A DNA stretch of 35,865 nucleotides from Spirochaetaceae bacterium (GTDB taxonomy: Bacteria; Spirochaetota; Spirochaetia; B11-G9): the NCBI GenBank assembly GCA_030638735.1, contig DAOWEB010000035.1, positions 1 to 35,865 of the forward strand, written 5' to 3'. A model generated the notes under the pieces. That model had not been told where the DNA came from and made no database searches. It saw only the letters and a program-made list of their open reading frames with translations. This document shows, piece after piece, positions 32,930-35,865 of the stretch. The translations under genes and the position numbers were made by a program. Position 1 is the first letter of the stretch. Every line of letters starts with the position of its first letter.

Positions 32930-34198
32930 TTAAGTCTGACTAAATAGCAAGATTCCTGACATTTCAGGCGCTTTGTTTACCACACCGAAGCGGGTATCAA
33001 GACGATAAAATGTCTTCATAGTGTTGATATCGTACTGTTTGCTCATGCAAACTTCAAGACCAGAATCAGTTTTCCCTCTCATAATAGCAGCACCAGCATT
33101 TTCAGGCATTGCATACTTTCCGGGAAGTATTTCAATTGCATCTTTCTGCCAGAAAGGATTGATTCTTCCTGATGCAATATTGAGCCATGTTACAGCTGCG
33201 GTTGCGCTTTCAGTATTTACAACACAGTTCTGATACTGTACCTCTGCCTCGGATGCACCCTGTGCAGTAATCATAGGAGGTGTAATCTTTAATACTGTAC
33301 CAGAAACAACTTCAACAACACGGAAGGTTTTAAGCTGTCCGGTATCCTCTTTGGTGATCTGGTGAACTGCATTAACATTGGCGACTGTAAAAGCGTCCCC
33401 GGCCACAACATTGGCAGTTGCGGTAACTGTCAAATTCTGGAATCTGTTGTCCACGTTCAACCGCTCAGAGGTAGTTGGGGAAGTACTGATTGCTGCAGGT
33501 ACATGATAATTAGCGGCAGCGGTCACGGTGCTTAGTGTGATTGCTCCACCAGCTGCAGCCGCAATAGCCTTTGCATAATCAAGTTTAAAAGTATCAAATG
33601 AGGCAATTCTACCAACAAAAGCTCTTTCATATGCGGAGAGGGCCTTTGCATTAAGAGTCTGTCGCTCTGCAAGATTTCCGGCCATACCATTATAATCTCT
33701 GGTGGAAAGTGCAAGATATCTGTCCCAGTCGGGAACTCCCTGTTCATTCATTATTGCTTCAACAAGAGCAACATCATCAAATCCAGTTGCGGCTGTTGAA
33801 ATAGGCACAACAAGCGAGCCCTGCATAGATGCAATATTCAGAATTGCAACATTGATATCGGATGCGAGTTTCTGTTTCGCACCATCTCCGAGCCTACCTT
33901 CCTGGAGAGCGTCACGAAGTTCAGTTGCTGTAAGCGCCCATGGTACAGACTTTTCAATATTGATAGAAGCAGGAACGGCAAGCTGTGTTTTGTCGTTAAA
34001 ATTACCAGTCTGATCCTGTCCATCGAATGAATTCATAATATAGGGCTGAGGTCTCCATATGGTATCCTGTGCCCGTTCCATCATTACATCGGATGTATTG
34101 TATTTACTACAATTCCGTGCCATTACTTCAGCATCCTGGAATCCTTCCAAAATCTGCTCGAATGCTACTCGTTCTTCTTTATTAAAATCATTAGCCAT
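32930..34198 (-). CDS. Major capsid protein (P22 coat family)
   Basis: MANDFNKEERVAFEQILEGFQD...IWRPQPYI...AKQKLASDIN...YRLDTRFGVVNKAPEMSGI. Confidence 0.93.
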   Translation of the reverse strand: MANDFNKEERVAFEQILEGFQDAEVMARNCSKYNTSDVMMERAQDTIWRPQPYIMNSFDGQDQTGNFNDKTQLAVPASINIEKSVPWALTATELRDALQEGRLGDGAKQKLASDINVAILNIASMQGSLVVPISTAATGFDDVALVEAIMNEQGVPDWDRYLALSTRDYNGMAGNLAERQTLNAKALSAYERAFVGRIASFDTFKLDYAKAIAAAAGGAITLSTVTAAANYHVPAAISTSPTTSERLNVDNRFQNLTVTATANVVAGDAFTVANVNAVHQITKEDTGQLKTFRVVEVVSGTVLKITPPMITAQGASEAEVQYQNCVVNTESATAAVTWLNIASGRINPFWQKDAIEILPGKYAMPENAGAAIMRGKTDSGLEVCMSKQYDINTMKTFYRLDTRFGVVNKAPEMSGILLFSQT

Positions 34199-34199
34199 T

Positions 34200-35108
34200 T
34201 TATTTATTCCTTATTTTTCGTTTGTAAGCAGAGACCTTTGTATAATCTCCGGTTTTCTCTGCCTCTGTCCGTAGGCGATCTAAAGTTTTATCAACAGTCC
34301 CAGAGATACCCCCAGCTTTTCCACCGGAAACCCTCTGTTCTGGACTTGGTGCTTTTTTCTTTGATGTAACCTTCAATTGCGCCTCCAATTTTGCAACCTT
34401 GAAAGCAAAGTCAACCGGATCTGTAATCAATGCCAGTTCTTTGGCTTTCTTCGGATTTTTACCGAGAGCATAAATCAACAGAGCGGAATCATCCGCACCC
34501 TGAACCATTATTCCCTGCTGGGTCGTGTTGAAAGTATCTGTAACAAATGCCTCTGCATCCTCGAAGTTCTTGAAACTATGGGATTTTTTGGACTCGTTAT
34601 ACTTATCCATTTTCCCGTTCCAAGCTTCTTTTTGTACTTCCTGCTGTTTCAACAAGTTAGCATTCTGCTCATCTACTTTCCGCTTGCGGTCATAGTACCC
34701 AATAAGTTTACTCTCATAAACCTTGTCGTCGAATCCACATTTTTCAAGAGTCGGCTTTTCTCCCAGTTCTACAGGTTTATTCTCTGTATCCTGTTTCAGC
34801 TTCTTCTCAAGTTCACGGTTCCGCTTCTCAAGTTCACGGTTCTTTTTCCGTACTGTTTTGACCCATCCAGGAGCCTCGGCATGTTCATCTTTTTCTGGCG
34901 CCTCATCTCCTATAGTAACAACAACATCATCTTCCTCTAATTCACCATCCGGATCCTCTTCGGTTTCTGACTCTGTATCGTTGTCATTTTCGCCGGAAAT
35001 AATCTCGGCATCTGGTTCCACGTTGTCGGAATCCTCAACAGCGCTTTCTTCCAGATCAACATTCAATACATCTTCTTCAATGATCCTGCTCTCTGCAATT
35101 ACACTCAT
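34200..35108 (-). CDS. Scaffolding protein
   Basis: Acidic N-terminus, coiled coil and C-terminal EAEKTGDYTKVSAYKRK; lies between portal and coat. Confidence 0.88.
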   Translation of the reverse strand: MSVIAESRIIEEDVLNVDLEESAVEDSDNVEPDAEIISGENDNDTESETEEDPDGELEEDDVVVTIGDEAPEKDEHAEAPGWVKTVRKKNRELEKRNRELEKKLKQDTENKPVELGEKPTLEKCGFDDKVYESKLIGYYDRKRKVDEQNANLLKQQEVQKEAWNGKMDKYNESKKSHSFKNFEDAEAFVTDTFNTTQQGIMVQGADDSALLIYALGKNPKKAKELALITDPVDFAFKVAKLEAQLKVTSKKKAPSPEQRVSGGKAGGISGTVDKTLDRLRTEAEKTGDYTKVSAYKRKIRNK

Positions 35109-35160
35109 AGTATAAACCTTCCTTTACTCAGGCGCAAGTTTTATTTGCACCCGGATTTTA

Positions 35161-35865
35161 TCAGTTTTGGAGCATGTCCAAAACTGCTTTTGCCTGTTCA
35201 ATCTCTATATCAGAATAAACTTCTGCGGTTTTTGCTTGATTCAGCTCTGTTTTAGACATACTCTCAAGAGTACTTACCCTTGCTTTGGCGGCGTTTGCTT
35301 CTGCCTCTTCAGCCATTGCATTAAGAGCTTTATCCTGTGCGTTTGTCTCTTCGGCCTGCGCTGCCATCATTTCCGCTTCTTCTTCAGTCGGTTTGATAAC
35401 TCCCATAGAAACAAGTTTTTTCCTAAAATATTCCCGAACTTCTGCGATCCCATCCCCTTCCATGTTCATCATTGCCATTGCCTGGAGAACCTGAGCCGTT
35501 TCTGGATCGGTTGTCATCTGCATCATTCCTGTTAAAGATTTGACTGTAGCCTCTCTTTGGGTTGTAGAAGATGGTCCAACATCAACTGCAACATCAAAAG
35601 TAGCTTCGGTTATATCGTTCTCATATACATTTTTGCCTTTGTCAGTTATTATAGGTTTTTGTAGTTCTACTGTTCCTGTTTCTCCCATAGTCCCGATGGT
35701 CTTCATCATGCGACCTTTTTCCACATAAACATCTTTGGCCATTGAAAGCCAAATTTCACCAACACGGCGGATTGTTTTTGCAAAGTTTGACATATAAATA
35801 AATGCTTGGCCGTCTATTTTTTTCTGGATCATCTCAATAGCTTTACCGGAAATATTGGAAACAAT
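35161..35865 (-). CDS. P22-like portal protein, C-terminal part (continuation of 1..1434)
   Basis: FDVAVDVGPSSTTQREATV motif; in frame across the circular junction. Confidence 0.93.
   Translation of the reverse strand: MVSNISGKAIEMIQKKIDGQAFIYMSNFAKTIRRVGEIWLSMAKDVYVEKGRMMKTIGTMGETGTVELQKPIITDKGKNVYENDITEATFDVAVDVGPSSTTQREATVKSLTGMMQMTTDPETAQVLQAMAMMNMEGDGIAEVREYFRKKLVSMGVIKPTEEEAEMMAAQAEETNAQDKALNAMAEEAEANAAKARVSTLESMSKTELNQAKTAEVYSDIEIEQAKAVLDMLQN
35725..35865. repeat. Right copy of 141-bp terminal direct repeat
   Basis: Identical to 1-141. Confidence 0.97.

Noticed and set aside
32897-32932. Coat read-through or frameshift into the downstream HeH-domain gene
   Set aside because: The genes share a frame, but two TAA stops intervene and no slippery sequence is evident.
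34803-34841. Short direct repeat in the scaffold gene
   Set aside because: It encodes a duplicated coiled-coil heptad (NRELEK), which is ordinary.

Overview
The window is a complete, circularly permuted dsDNA phage genome of about 35,724 bp. Bases 1-141 are identical to 35725-35865 (an assembler overlap), and the portal gene runs across this junction. The virion module is P22-like and on the minus strand: terS, terL, portal, scaffold, P22-type coat, gp4- and gp10-like tail proteins, three ejection proteins and a tailspike. A plus-strand replication module follows an iteron-rich origin and encodes an RHH regulator, a primase-SF3 helicase, an SSB-like protein, VRR-NUC, an EDxHD/DUF559 endonuclease and an SF2 helicase. 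Other modules are a leftward cluster of small accessory genes, a stand-alone lysis cassette (DUF261-like lysin, holin, two nested spanin-like genes), a YqaJ plus Gp3-like recombination pair and a tRNA with a CAT anticodon. I could not recognise an integrase, a CI-type repressor, ParA/ParB or a DNA polymerase. The DUF261-like lysin hints at a Spirochaetota host (inference). Highlights: (1) a near-perfect chromosomal parS site fused with a terminator and the tRNA promoter, in a phage lacking parAB and integrase; (2) an unannotated promoter-driven sRNA of about 74 nt exposing an anti-Shine-Dalgarno/anti-AUG sequence; (3) a four-promoter regulon sharing one operator; (4) host-replisome motif mimicry (SSB-Ct DDIPF and clamp-binding motifs); (5) a 762-aa tail protein gene placed between terS and terL; (6) nested spanin-like genes without a lipoprotein. 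Family assignments come from motif recognition, not database searches.
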